Part shown: positions 13,612 to 25,300 of the stretch, one piece after another | How positions within the stretch are numbered: the first letter of the stretch is position 1 | Layout: the number at the start of each line of letters is the position of its first letter | Origin: Dicyema japonicum | Lineage: Eukaryota; Animalia; Dicyemida | Direction: 5' to 3' | DNA: 64,000 nucleotides | Assembly (NCBI GenBank): GCA_011109175.1 | Contig: RDEW01000007.1 | Span: 309,712 to 373,711 of the forward strand | Position numbers and translations under genes: made by a program | The notes under the pieces: generated by a model | Told to the model about the DNA's origin: nothing | The model's input: only the letters and a program-made list of their open reading frames with translations | The model's database searches: none

Positions 13612-13760
13612 GCGTTGGAGGCCTAGGTACACTAAAAAGCCAACGCACGTTAGACCTGGTGGCTTCTCCAGTTGTTCTCTGTTGCAATCGTAAGAGGCAA
13701 CGCAACGTCGATTATGTCGGCGGGGTCCACTTTAAATGGATGGCTGTGCTAATTAATTCT
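13612..13760 (+). mobile_element. Short 3' tip of a CRE-type element (same subfamily as 56180-58200)
   Basis: Near-identical to the reverse complement of about 56190-56340 (TCTGTTGCAATCGT.AGAGGCAACGCAACGTCGAT). Confidence 0.75.
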
Positions 13761-14111
13761 TAATTAATTTAACAAATCTTTATTAAAGTAATTATTTTTA
13801 AATATATACTTTCTCACTAAAAAATATTATTATTAAAATCCCTTAAAAGTGGCTGTCAGATAATGCACAAGTACCCATATTGATTTAATTAAACGTGATT
13901 TTAATCGATTTTTAATTTTTCACCAAAATGCTGGCTTGGAAAAAGTTCCCTAAAATGCAATGGTCGCATACCCCGGGGGTTGCTCCAATTCGGACTATTT
14001 CGCTTATCTATGAATGTGATATATACATATAGAGAATCGTAGACAGAACACAATGACTACTAAATTTATTGCGTTAGTACAATATTGGCAATCAATTTGA
14101 GAATAATAAAA

Positions 14112-14712
14112 CTAGAAATGAATCCTCTTTTCCTTTTGTCGTCTGTTTGAGAACCAGACTTTAATGACGTCTTCACTTACACTCAGGATTCTGGCCATTT
14201 CGACAATGGCTGAGTTCTGTGGTCTCTGATTGCTATGAAATTGTTGTTCAAGGAATAGCTTCTCATTCAGATTGAATGAAGTTCTCCTTCTCCGTTTTTT
14301 ATGACATCCCCCAGTTTCTACTGGAGTGTTATTCTGATTTGGAAAAGTTATGGATTGGATCCATCCTTTGAAGATGTTCATGAGCCGTCTTTGAGTGGAA
14401 AGTGAAAGCTGATTTGACTCGAATCGACACACCGTCGTTTGGGAGATTGGAATTCCCTTCCTCTCCATCAGATTACCAACATCAGTTTGAGTGTACCCGA
14501 ATTTCAACCGTTCCTGCTTGAAGAATTTTGCAAAAAGTCGAACTTCTTGATTCATCAGTTCTGCGTTTATTTCCGGGTTTTTTCTGTAAAGTGAAAAAAT
14601 TGTAAATTTTGCATTTTCTAAGACATTTGTTGGGAGATTCGAACCAGTTTTGCCGTGGAAGAGCATAAAATTGACTAATATTAGAATATCCAGTGAAGTG
14701 ATGTGAGTTCAT
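14112..14712 (-). CDS. POU-domain homeobox transcription factor (closest in motif to class I-III)
   Basis: POU-specific domain FAKFFKQERLKFGYTQTDVG...SQTTVCRFE..QLS plus homeodomain KKRRRRTSF...VIKVWFSNRRQKEKR. The start codon (14712 vs 14666) is uncertain. Confidence 0.9.
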
Positions 14713-15599
14713 GTTTACCGTAAGAGTGAGTAAGAACTAATAAATAAATTATCTGCGCCAATAAGTAAGAATAGAAGTGTCAAATGCGTTGGTACTATAA
14801 TCTCAGACGGGGAATTGATTTGTCATACTTTATTGGTGGTTTGGTTATATAAATAGAGCGTGAATATATTTAATCAATATTTTGTAGTTTTATTTGCTTT
14901 ATTAGGTGGTAGTGGTTTTCTTATCGATTCCACTAGTGACGATTACCGTTATGGAAAAATCTTCCGTCTAAGTATGTAGTTATGTCCGTGACGGTAGGAC
15001 GTCTGACAATGGAAGAGAGCGGGCATACTTCTACTCCTTTTTTCGAATGTGGAAGCCTAGATAGACTCAAGCATGGAGCTGGTTGGCAGAAGCAGATCTT
15101 CCCCTTGGGTTCTTTCCTTGGGTTAATTAGTCGTTTGAAGGCAGATAGTCCTGTGAATAAGAAACTCTGCATTTAAAGACACAAATCCATAATGTGACGA
15201 CCAAAGATGGACCACTTTTATTAGGTCCTGACCCCTTTCACTCTCTTTAGTGGCTACCCCCTATAGATATTACGTTTTGTTAACCACCGGTTCGTTTGTT
15301 CTAAGAGACTGGGGGTAAATAAAATGTGGTAGCTTAAAGATTTTTAGGGTGTCGACAAATTAACAGTAACGCTGAGTGACTAAGCCATTGAGCAGATTAA
15401 TATCATAATCTAGCCGATTAGCTGATCACGTGCGTGGATACACCAACAATAGCCTCTACATTACCCAAACTCTGTATAGGGATTAAAATTTCCTCGCCTT
15501 AATAATTCCAATTAAAAGAACTTGGGGGATCGCCTGAAAAATTAAAAAATAAAAATCAATAAAAATTTTGACTTTATTATTATTTTAAGCACTTATCGC

Positions 15600-16030
15600 C
15601 TTGCAATAATGGTTATGGTTTCAGGGCAGACCATTCTACAACGACTCATTTGGGTTCTATCTCCCAGTTTATTACTTACGGCTTCAACATGATAACTCAA
15701 TAACGGACGGCCTTAGTATCCATCGATATACAGGAGGCCTTTGATTCTGTTCAGGGGAAACTCCTAACGCAAAAGATTTATAATTCGAACTTACATCCCA
15801 ACATCAAGCTATGGCTGGAAAATTTCTTAACTGGCGACGCGGAAGGGTCCGTTTGTCTCGCTCGCGGTTGAAACGTCTGGTTCCCTTGCGCCAGCGATGT
15901 TTTAATTCTTGAGTCGTTTAGGGAATCATATTTCTACATGAACAGGAGATCCACGCTGCTGGCAATTAAAGCGAATCTTGCCATCCTGAAAGGGAATAGC
16001 CACGCAGTCAGGGAGGCCGCTGTATGACTG
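15600..16030 (+). mobile_element. Two adjacent retroelement scraps: LINE RT remnant (about 15600-15850) and RLE 3' tip (about 15900-16030)
   Basis: Translations YGFRADHSTTTHL...SIDIQEAFDSV, then LLAIKANLAILKGNSHAV*. Confidence 0.5.
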
Positions 16031-16084
16031 TCTCTACTTTAATTTGTGTTAAAAATAAATTGATCATTTAGCCACTCAGTGTAG

Positions 16085-16700
16085 ATCCATGCTCTGCCAC
16101 GACTATGTGTGGAGGCATAACGAGGTAGTAAAGAGTCTTCATCTTCTACTATGCAATAAGTATGGTATTCTCCACACCAGAAAGTTGCGGACTCATAAGG
16201 TGCAATCTGTAGTAGAGAACACCAAGGTCCAAATTAAGGTAGACAATGTGATTCGAACCTCGGTGTTAGTCAAGCACAATAAACCGGACATTGTGGTACA
16301 CGATGAGGAGTCTGACCAAGTCCTTATCATAGAAGTTGGCATTACATCTCAAGAGCGTTTGCAGACTGTGGAGAAAAAAAGAAGTATGATTTGCTTGCAA
16401 ACGAGATAGGGAATGCTTGGTTGCAAGGTCCTCGTTATTCTAATAGTAATGACGTGGGAAGGAATTGGAACAATGTACCACAAGGTGTAGATAGGAAGAT
16501 CCATGCCTATCTACAGTCCACTGTATTAGAGCGGACCCTAGAGAGCCTGACACTGGAGTATAGGAGGCAGAGCCTGTAGATCCCATATGGGCAGAGGGTT
16601 CAATTGGACAGAATTGTTTCAGCAACCAGAATCGAACCTGCCTGAGGAGACTGGCGAACAGGCAGGAGAAGAAGGTTGTTGATTATTAAATATTGACTCT
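16085..16700 (+). mobile_element. 3' end of an R4/Dong-type RLE retrotransposon
   Basis: HDYVWRHNEVVKSLHLLLCNKYG...KHNKPDIVV..IIEVGITSQERLQTVEKK.KYDLL, i.e. the RH motif, the PD..(D/E)xK endonuclease and the K.KY motif. Confidence 0.8.
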
Positions 16701-16899
16701 TTATTTTTGGTTATATAAAGTGGGGGTTTTAAAAATAAAAATTATTTAAATTATTTTTTAATCTAAATAAAACCGAATTAACAGATGTAAATATATGACT
16801 TGACTTTACCGTTGACTGAGACTCATAAACTTCCTGGGTCGTTCCAGGCATTACAGATTGTCTTTTCGAACATGATTTCATCGGGTCTCGCAAAACATG

Positions 16900-17676
16900 G
16901 TGAAAAATTAGTTAATAAACAGATTAATAGGTATTAGTTAAGATCCCGTTACTTAATGTTAATAAACTAAAGAGCAGCCAACATCCCCAAAATCTAAAAT
17001 AATAACAAGGGGACCATTATCGTAGAAATAGCCCCCGAGAACATATAAAAGTAGGATTGGTATTTATTTATGAGAATTAAAACTTTACGGGAGCATCCCT
17101 TTAAATAAAAATGAGGCAAACACAGTCGTAAAATGTCTTGGTAGATGGTTTAAAGCAGCTAGCTGGTATCGTAATATACTCACTGGCAGATTCACTACCG
17201 CAACACTGTAAGGTGCTCTGCCAAAAGTCGATATCTGATTTGTATTTCTTATAATTTTCAATTGCCCTTATAAAGTTGAGTTTCAAGGCTTCCACGACCT
17301 AAAGTGAATAAAAAATCAACTTGGCCCTTTTTATACATAACAAGGAGAGCAATTGCCACAAAACAGAGACAAATCGTCAAAAGTATCCCAATGAACTAAA
17401 TAGAGTCGAATAGTGAACCACGAATCTTAGATGTTTTCTTTTGGTGAAACAAGCAAGTCCATAGAACACACCAAACACGCAGAAGATACCAATTCCGAGA
17501 ATAATGAGTCCAAAAAATTTAAAGTTGTTAATCGCAAATATTTGGTCTTTCATGTAGATAATCAGAAGTTTTATTCCAACAAAAAGAGAGGCAGCCGCTA
17601 ACGTCTACCATTCGTAACCAATTTATACCCCCAAAATGGCTATATTTAGGTAAATCAATGCTGCTCTAACCGACAT
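16900..17676 (-). CDS. Tetraspanin; tiny introns 17605-17628, 17396-17418, 17299-17320, 17099-17121
   Basis: Spliced translation gives TM1-3, a large extracellular loop with IDFWQSTLQCCG, PASC and GC, then TM4. The 3' end is approximate. Confidence 0.8.
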
Positions 17677-19109
17677 TGAAACATAATGCCGATTTCACAT
17701 AATTTATACTAAATGAAATCTTATAAGCCTATTTGTACAAAAATTTAGAATATTTACTATTTATTAAACACAAGACGTGTCTATAATAATGGTGGTTGGT
17801 TCCCCCGCTGGCTACTTGGTTAAAGGATCCTCTGCTCCGTTCTTCCTTCGTTCAAAAAGTGTGACGATTTTTGATCCACCAGCCTCAGGGAGACCCAGGA
17901 TGGTACCAAACTCCACTTCACTGGACCATTCTCTAAAAGGGTTCCCACAACCGTGGGTCTGAATGTCCCCCTCCTTCTGAGACTGTGGGAAATAGATACA
18001 CTTATTAGTTGTTAATCTCCTTTTCGGTGTATCCGAGGTTGATAGAGATCTCCGAGAGTGAATTATTATTCGACAACTATTTGGTGGAGATGCCATTTGT
18101 CGTTTATCGGTAGAATTTCATTGATAAAATTACCCACCGCAATTTCAACCCAACGACTAATTAGCGTCCTCAAATTCTACCAAGGATGCATAGATTCGAC
18201 TTGTACTAATCAATATTAGCCACATTTGAGGAAAGAAGGATTGTAGAGACACTGTGGGGATTATAATCTTAACCCCGCTAATATGGGACTCCCAATATTA
18301 TAATGTAAGAGACATTTCGATTCGCATTAACTGGTTATTCTCCTACTATTCAAAAATACTACCATTAAGGAGTAGGTTTTTTAAGCCAAAGCAAGTGGGT
18401 AGTAAGCCGATTAAGATATATTTATCATGTAATGCTAGATTCCTCACATACTATGGACGGCCCACTTCCTCAGTTGAAGATAAAGTCGTTAACTAAAGAA
18501 ATTGAAGACGAGCTAGGACAGGAGTAGAGATGGCTTGTCTTGTAGTTGCTAAGGGGACCACAAAAGTACAGCAATGAGGTCATTTTTCTATTTGTGTTGA
18601 TATAGTCTTTTAAAAAATAATATGGTGGCTACAGCGAAAGCGCTCAATTAAGACTCCAACTTCCCAGGGCAGGAACTTTTTTTTTATTATCGATTTTAGG
18701 TGATGGAAACCTCGTAAGTTTATTACAACCAGGAATTTTGATGACGTCTTTGGAAACTCAACCGAGAATCGTCTTGAAGCGGGAATGAGAGGCCTCTACT
18801 TTCGTTTTGAATGCAATGATAGGTATGATTATTAGTTTTCACGTCGGCAACTTGTTTGTGGGGAAAACAGATTACAACTGTAGTCGACAGGCTTGACTTC
18901 TTTTCCTTATAAACAAAATCCATGTAGCTTGCTTGGTCGTAGCTATGCGACGTGGGGAACCTACCGTTCCTATACTTATTTGGTTTGGAGATGACCAATT
19001 TCAAAGAATTGTTTTCTAATTATTTATAAATTACATTTTTTATAAATATTAATTATTTTTAAATAAAAATTTTAAATTTTAAAACGTGAAGTTTGTCGTC
19101 TTGTGTGGA

Positions 19110-20771
19110 ATGCCAAAATTTTCAGATTTCGGATTAGATCTGAGAATACTGAAAGCAATTGAGGACCTTGGCTGGACAGAACCTACGCCAATTCAAGACA
19201 AAACTTTATCCTACTCCTCAACAGGACGGGATATTATTGCCCAGGCATGTACTGGCTCTGGTAAAACTGGAGCTTTTCTCCTACCCATCATCCAGTATGC
19301 CTTGATCAAAAGTCTAACGAAATAGTGGCCATAATTCTCGTCCCTACAAAAGAAATCGCCCACCAGACACACACAGATTCTCAAAGTATTTCATATTTTG
19401 ACTTCAGGAACTAACTAAATACGCCAAGAAGTTAAATCTGTGAATCTTTCAGGGGAGTCCAAAAAACTTTTGACTTCCTATCAACCATCCATAGTTATTT
19501 CAACCATATCCTGCATGTCCGAACAATTTGAACACGAGAAACCAACATTAAAAGATTCTTTTCGCTTCCTTATTCTGGATGAAGCTGATCTGAGTCTCTA
19601 CCAGCCACAGAGGCGAGCACAGCTTATCCGTCTAACGTATTGACGTATTTCTAATCGAAAGGTCCCAATTTCCGTCCAATCGTCAGACCTTGATGACTTC
19701 TGCTACGATGGTTCTGCAGACTGAGTGGGTTAAACAACTCGGGGTTCGGAATCCAGTGACTCTAAGTCTTAATCGAACATTTCTACCTCCACCTAGCCAA
19801 CTATCTCAACATGTGGTCTGGTGAGTTGTTATGGGTAATTTCAGCTGTGGTGTCAAGGAGAAGTACCAGGTCCTCGTGGCCTTGCTAAAGCTGAATATTA
19901 TCGACCAGAGACTTCTGATTTTCGTCAATTCAGTCAACAAGTGCTACCAGTTTACTGTTTTAATGACAAAGAATGAAACTTCTGTTGAACAGTTTGCCAT
20001 TAAAAGCTGTGTTCTGAACTCTGAGATGCCCCTGGCCTGCAGAATCCATACAATCGAGCAATTTAACAGAAGAATCTATGACATTGTGATCGCCTCTGCT
20101 GGACGGACACTCTCTCCTGTTGAACAAAGCACAGCTAGGGGAGTGGATTTCAAGAATGTGGCCTTTGTCATCAATTTTGACTTCCCCGATAGCCACGTTG
20201 CTTATGTGCACAGAGTTGGAAGAACAGCTAGAGGAAAAAGCAAAGGTGTGGCGTTGTCGCTTGTGAGTCCTGGAGAGATGAATTTACTAAGTCTGTGACT
20301 GAAAACCTTAAGCAAGATTCGTTGGTCCCCTTTCCATTCGATATGAGAGATGTGAAGGGATTCGAGTACAGAGTTGTTGCAGCTTTGGGTGCAGTGACTA
20401 ATTTGGCTGTGAAGGAGGCCAGATTGAGGGAGATTGGGGCTGAAATGCTAAACTGTGAAAAAATAACTGTAGTCCTTGAGTTTCACTTTAGAGTTGTTTG
20501 GATGAAAAGTCGCACCTGATTGGTCAGTTAAGACACGACGGATCAATAGGATGTGTTGATATGGGAATGGACGTAAAGCACGTGCCTGAATATATTTGTA
20601 ATTGCTTGGTTTATTGGTAGTGCCGAATGAGTACAAGGATGCTGTACTGAGGAAGACTTTTAAGAAAAGAAGACATCGAAAGGGTGGGGCTGTAAACTAT
20701 AGATCTGTATTTGTTGTTGTTTACGGTAGAATAAAACGAATGTATTGAAGAGTCTGAGGATCAACAAATGA
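19110..20771 (+). CDS. DDX56: DEAD-box RNA helicase DDX56/Dbp9; tiny introns include 19386-19407, 19821-19844, 19950-19971, 20469-20491, 20598-20620, 20707-20729
   Basis: Q motif, TGSGKT, LVPTKE, DEAD, SAT, ARGVDF and HRVGRTAR, plus the DDX56-specific C-terminus (F.YR..AV..EARL.EI..E.L...LRHD...HVP.Y). Several 1-2 nt indels sit in homopolymer or dinucleotide runs. Confidence 0.9.
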
Positions 20772-21299
20772 GTGCGATTTTAATATTTTTATTTGATTTA
20801 TGTTAGTTATACCACGCCTTAAGTTTGAAAATTAATGGTCAAATATAAATGTGGCGATCCTAGGCAGAGAGGGGCTCAGACAACATTTATTAGGGCTATG
20901 CAACTATAAATTATGTCTCTATTGTATGTCTAGAGGAGCTAAGTCTTCTCTATCCTCCTTTTGATTAATTCATATCATTTACGAGGGGACTCCTCACAGT
21001 AATTACATCTTAATTCTACAGCTATGCACTTGTCCTTTAGCCGCAATGTGTTTGGTAAAGGACTCCGGTAGTGTGTGCTAGCTAAAAATGCAGATTGTTT
21101 TTTTCCACGAGTAAGTGACCATGTGAAAATAGAGGTTAGGAATTCGACGTATGCCCATGTTAGGCTAACACGTGGTCTATAGTATCAAAATATTTATTCA
21201 TGAATAGGATCCATACAAACTTAATGATTCTAATATATTTTTTTAGAAGGTGTGTGGAAAAAAATATTCTGAAGGTGTGTGGAAAAATACCCTAATATC

Positions 21300-21560
21300 T
21301 AAGAAATTTTGAACCAGTCATATAATCTGAGACTACCTACCAAATCCCTTTATTTTCTGGAGTGCAACAAGGAGACCCCTTGGACCCCTATTATTCTGCC
21401 TTGCAATCAAAAGAATCACCAAACTTCATCTTCGCCCCTTAACCTATGGATCTGGATGAAGCAATCCTTTGAGATCCCCCAGATACTGTCTTCTACAATT
21501 TGGAATGGTTGATTCCAGCCTTGTCAGAAGCTGACTTGGAATTAAATTATGATAAATAAG
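21300..21560 (+). mobile_element. CRE-type RT remnant
   Basis: GVQQGDPL and LNLW.LDEA motifs. Confidence 0.6.
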
Positions 21561-21619
21561 AAATATCCAAGTTATGACTTTCCTTTTCACCGATCAGATT
21601 CGTCGGGCTTGGAATAGAC

Positions 21620-22170
21620 ATTTCTAACAGGATGAGCAGTGTAATAATCGCCTGATCAATTTCTGATGGTTCCGAGTTCGAATCTCGCTGCTGTAAATTT
21701 AGGTCGAAGGTTCCACGCATCTACGATGCTCCTGGACGTTATCATCAGAGACTCAACACTATGAAACCGGATTGTCTCAGAGACACACACAAGCAAGCAA
21801 GATGTTAAGAACACTCTAAATGTCTTGGATCAGGAATTCTCAAATGCGGCCCTTGAACATTTTTGTTATTTTTATTTCTGGATTAATTCAACATATGCGA
21901 GTCTACCTTCTCTAAAATGATGAACATAAAGCGAAATACGGATATAAAATGACAAATATTTATTCACCTAAGTGACTTATCAAGACTTTCATAAAACAAT
22001 ATAACGACTAATTATAATGTTTTGATTAAAAATAAAATTAATCTTTTCGTCCCTGACCACTTGGCCCTTGATCTCAAAGTCATGAGAACTCCTGTCTTGG
22101 ATTAATGCCTTGGATTAGTTAGCATGACTGTTCTTTACTTCATTAATAAAGTGAGTTTTCTTTAAGGCTT
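21620..22170 (+). mobile_element. tRNA-derived SINE family 1 copy, interrupted by a hAT MITE
   Basis: B-box GAGTTCGAATCTC at about 21679, core at 21706-21730, and a 3' segment CTGTTCTTTACTT..AATAAAGTG shared with the 23919 copy. Confidence 0.7.
21831..22094. mobile_element. 264-bp hAT MITE with 8-bp TSD
   Basis: Ends CAGGAATTCTCAA / ATGAGAACTCCTG (11/13 inverted match), flanked by TCTTGGAT at 21823-21830 and 22095-22102. Confidence 0.85.
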
Positions 22171-22500
22171 AAGCTGAGATGAGTGATGGAAACAAGTCGT
22201 CGGTGGAAGGGCTGAATTATTATAGAAATGTCTCCCTGCCCTTTGATACCCTTGTCAAAAGGATTCTACACTTCTCAGAACGACTAGACCAGTGGTTTTT
22301 ACCTTTTTTAAGTCAGCGCCACCTTTTGATACAAATTTGAAGCTTCAAAATTTCAGCGCCCTCTATAGATTTAATTTTTTTGCAATTCCGGATTTATTCA
22401 GCCATTTTTTAAAGTTGTACGTCGAAACTGTTTCCATCATTAGAGTGCGATTCCAATTGACCTAATTTTAATATTATCAAATATTACTAATGTATAAATT

Positions 22501-23008
22501 TATTTATAACAATAAAATCGTTCTAAAGTCCAGCGGATATGATCGAGTGGCTGTTACCTCTGACTACTGCCAGGGATATCCTTTGGAAAAGCCACTCGGT
22601 TTCCAGGGATGATGGGAAGCGACCCGATGGAATTACTGTCTTCCCCTTCTCTCGGGGCAAATGCTTAATTTGGGATGCTGCCTGTACTGACAGCTTTTCC
22701 CAGTCGAAACTTTTGAGGTCGGCAATGAAAGCGGGAGAGGCCGCCCGTTTATATGAAAACTCAAAAATAAAGAAATACAGCAGTCCTAAACCGTTTCCAT
22801 GTACAGCCAGTGGTCGTCGAGACGAGCGGAGTCTTTGGCCCCAAGACGGTCTCTTTCCTTAGAGCACTTGGGTGTCTATTGACCAAAGCCTCGAGGGAGC
22901 GTCGGGAAACCGAGTGGCTTTTCCAAAGGATATCCCTGGCAGTAGTCAGAGGTAACAGCCACTCGATCATATCCGCTGGACTTTAGAACGATTTTATTGT
23001 TATAAATA
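22501..23008. mobile_element. Palindromic (twin) CRE-type 3' insertion with perfect 104-bp inverted arms
   Basis: 22501-22604 is the exact reverse complement of 22905-23008. The plus arm encodes DDGKRPDG...RGNSHSI*. The direct repeat AAATATTACTAAT lies at 22479-22491 and 23004-23016. Confidence 0.9.
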
Positions 23009-23089
23009 TTACTAATTATTTTTAAAATTAAAAAGTTTATTAAAAAACTTTTTTGTTATATAAAAACAATTTTAGTGAATAAATTACGC

Positions 23090-23200
23090 TTGTTGCGCCA
23101 TGTGGTGCTGCGTGGCTAATTTGTTTAAGTTTTACGTTTGTTTGTCTGTTTCTCTTCTCTCTTCCTATTAGAGTGGCGTCATGTGATCCACCTGTCCAGG
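23090..23200 (+). repeat. About 110-bp dispersed repeat, inverted copy at about 48470-48590
   Basis: Both loci share CCATGTGGT..CGTGGCTAATT.GTT and GTGGC.TCATGTGATCCACCT. Confidence 0.6.
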
Positions 23201-23918
23201 TGGCGCCTAGTGCCTGCCGGCTCGAAAAAGGATCATTTGCTCTCCTATACTCCATTGGAGGGGTTTCCACAACTGCATGTAATGGACGTCTTACCCTTCA
23301 TGCTGATTCCGGGTGGAAACTGGATACACTTAATTTGTTGTTTACTTTAACTTCTTTCTCGGTGTTAATAAATTAATTAATTTTAGTGACTGCCCTGTGC
23401 TTGATGAGAATTTGTCAATCCCTTTATTTCAGATTCCATGGTTGACAGACAGTCTCAAATCTCCTCTATACACAATTTGTAATTTATTTTTTTGTCAAAA
23501 TATCGGAGACTGCACTAAATCCTCTTTCAACTAGATATACTGAAGGAAATGCTATTATAAGCTTTTCGATTTCATTCCACAATTGAAGATTTTTTTTCTA
23601 AGTAATCCTGAAATTGTTGATATCTATATTTGCTAAATACAACTTTAGCTTCAAAGCCACATTTTAGACTTATAGATTTTCTGTTATTTCTGGAGATATA
23701 TTAACGTTTTCAACTTTAAATGGATTTATATATTAAAAATTTAAATTTTCTGAATCTTTAAAGAGAATTTTCATGTCGTCCTTTAACTTTTATAGATGCA
23801 AACAATCACAGTCTGAATCCGTTAATTTTCAACCTAAAAAATATTATTACGAAATATAAACCCAAATTTTTGTAGTCTTGGAAAATTAATAAAAATCTTA
23901 TTTTTAGTATTGTTTTCA

Positions 23919-24236
23919 GGCCGGGTGGCATAGTGGTTAGGTGTCGGGCTAAGTGACTTATGTTACGGGTTCGATTCTCGCTGATGTTCACCTGGTGGAA
24001 GGTTCCACGCATCTACGATGCTAAAAAGGCTTGACGAGTGACTCTGTCATCAGTGGACTCTATGCGAAACTGGATAGTCAAAAAGGATCCACACACAAGA
24101 AAAATAGAAGTGAAGATCGTTCCTTGGTTTTACGATTAGTTAAAATTAACTGTTCTTTACTTAAATAAAGTGTGTGCCCTGCCTATGCCGAGCTAATACC
24201 ACGGCTCCGTGAAAAAGGCTGTTATTATTATTATTG
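23919..24236 (+). mobile_element. Most complete copy of tRNA-derived SINE family 1
   Basis: A-box TGGCATAGTGG, B-box GGTTCGATTCTC, core GAAGGTTCCACGCATCTACGATGCT (23998-24022) and a (TTA)n tail at about 24222-24235. Confidence 0.75.
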
Positions 24237-24789
24237 TTTTCATAAAGCAATTATTTTTCAATAAAAGGCATGACAATACCTTATTTATTAAAGCTAATAT
24301 TTACTTGATTGATTTATAAAAAAATCTTAAGATGATTTAACAGTCTTGAGGGCTTTATTCCTTCATTTGTAAAAGTACACACAGAAACACAAGAAAAGTA
24401 GAATTAACTAGAAAAGCACGTGATAATGATATATAAAACCTAATGCAAATATTTATAATAATAAAAAATTAAAATTCTACAGGGCTGTCGAAGGGGCGGA
24501 AAGAAATTGAAGAAAAGTCTGAGTTCGGTCCTGTTCCTATAAGAATCTGATTTTCCACGAAGGAATTTCTATTTTTCAGTTTCACGGGGTTAATGAAATC
24601 GGATTGTGATCTGTTAGGAGGTCATAGAAATCGTCCCAGTATATTTCTAAAACCAGGCTGGGGGAGCATAATGAGATGTCAGGAGAGGTGTCAAGTCCGC
24701 ATTGGCAAGGCTTGGTAAAAGCCAACCAAGCTGAATGGTGGACATTAAGGTCTCCACAGAGAATAACACGTTCAATTTTCCCACTAATA

Positions 24790-25300
24790 ATGGATTCTAT
24801 TTTTTTCCGCAAGCACTGATTGATAAAAGAATCGTGACCTTTCTACTACCGAAACAGTCTTCACTCGGAGTTACAAATAATTTTGACGGTATCCTTTTAA
24901 TAAATAATCCAGTCTTGTCGCGATTAAAAATATTTTGAAAACCATATTCTTTTACGTATTCATCATAGTTTGCAAAAAACATACCAAGCGAAAAAACATC
25001 GGAAGTTTTTCTCTCCACTAATTGTCTTAAATGACAACTGATGTCTTTTCTTAAAAATTTTCCAACCAGCCATTGGACCCTTTGAACGTCGAAGTAATTC
25101 AACATCCTTGCTACTTTAGAAGCAATATTTTTAAAAAAGGACCGGACACGGGAATAAATTCCTCCCTTGTCTTGGTCAAAGCCTAAAAAACAATTTTATC
25201 CAATATTTGAAATAAAGTATTATGAGAGCATTGATTTTTTGGAAAATCTGTTAGAACAGTTCCAGTATTAAAAAATAAAGATATTTTTTATACGTGATGC
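24790..25300 (-). mobile_element. pogo/Tigger DDE transposase remnant
   Basis: ORF 24797-25105 contains YGFQNIFNRDKTGLFIKRIP...RKVTILLSISACG, matching IFNxDETGL and RxTxLL. Confidence 0.75.

Noticed and set aside
19311-19324. 14-nt intron GTCTAACGAAATAG in DDX56
   Set aside because: A single missing A in a homopolymer restores the frame and gives a better alignment ([16 protein letters not shown]); the length is outside the 21-27 nt range.
10768-20771. Alternative genetic code (TGA reassignment)
   Set aside because: Only one clear in-frame TGA was found; MCT and DDX56 both end in TGA, and Trp is encoded by TGG.
23919-23990. tRNA gene
   Set aside because: A and B boxes and a T-stem are present, but acceptor and anticodon stems do not form, and the sequence runs into the SINE core. 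The same applies to the B-box hits at about 21679, 35779 and 36565.
24030-24085. Hammerhead ribozyme in the SINE (TTGACGA...GAAACT-GGAT-AGTC)
   Set aside because: Stem III plus UC looks right, but position 3 is U, stem II is poor and stem I cannot form; other copies break the core.
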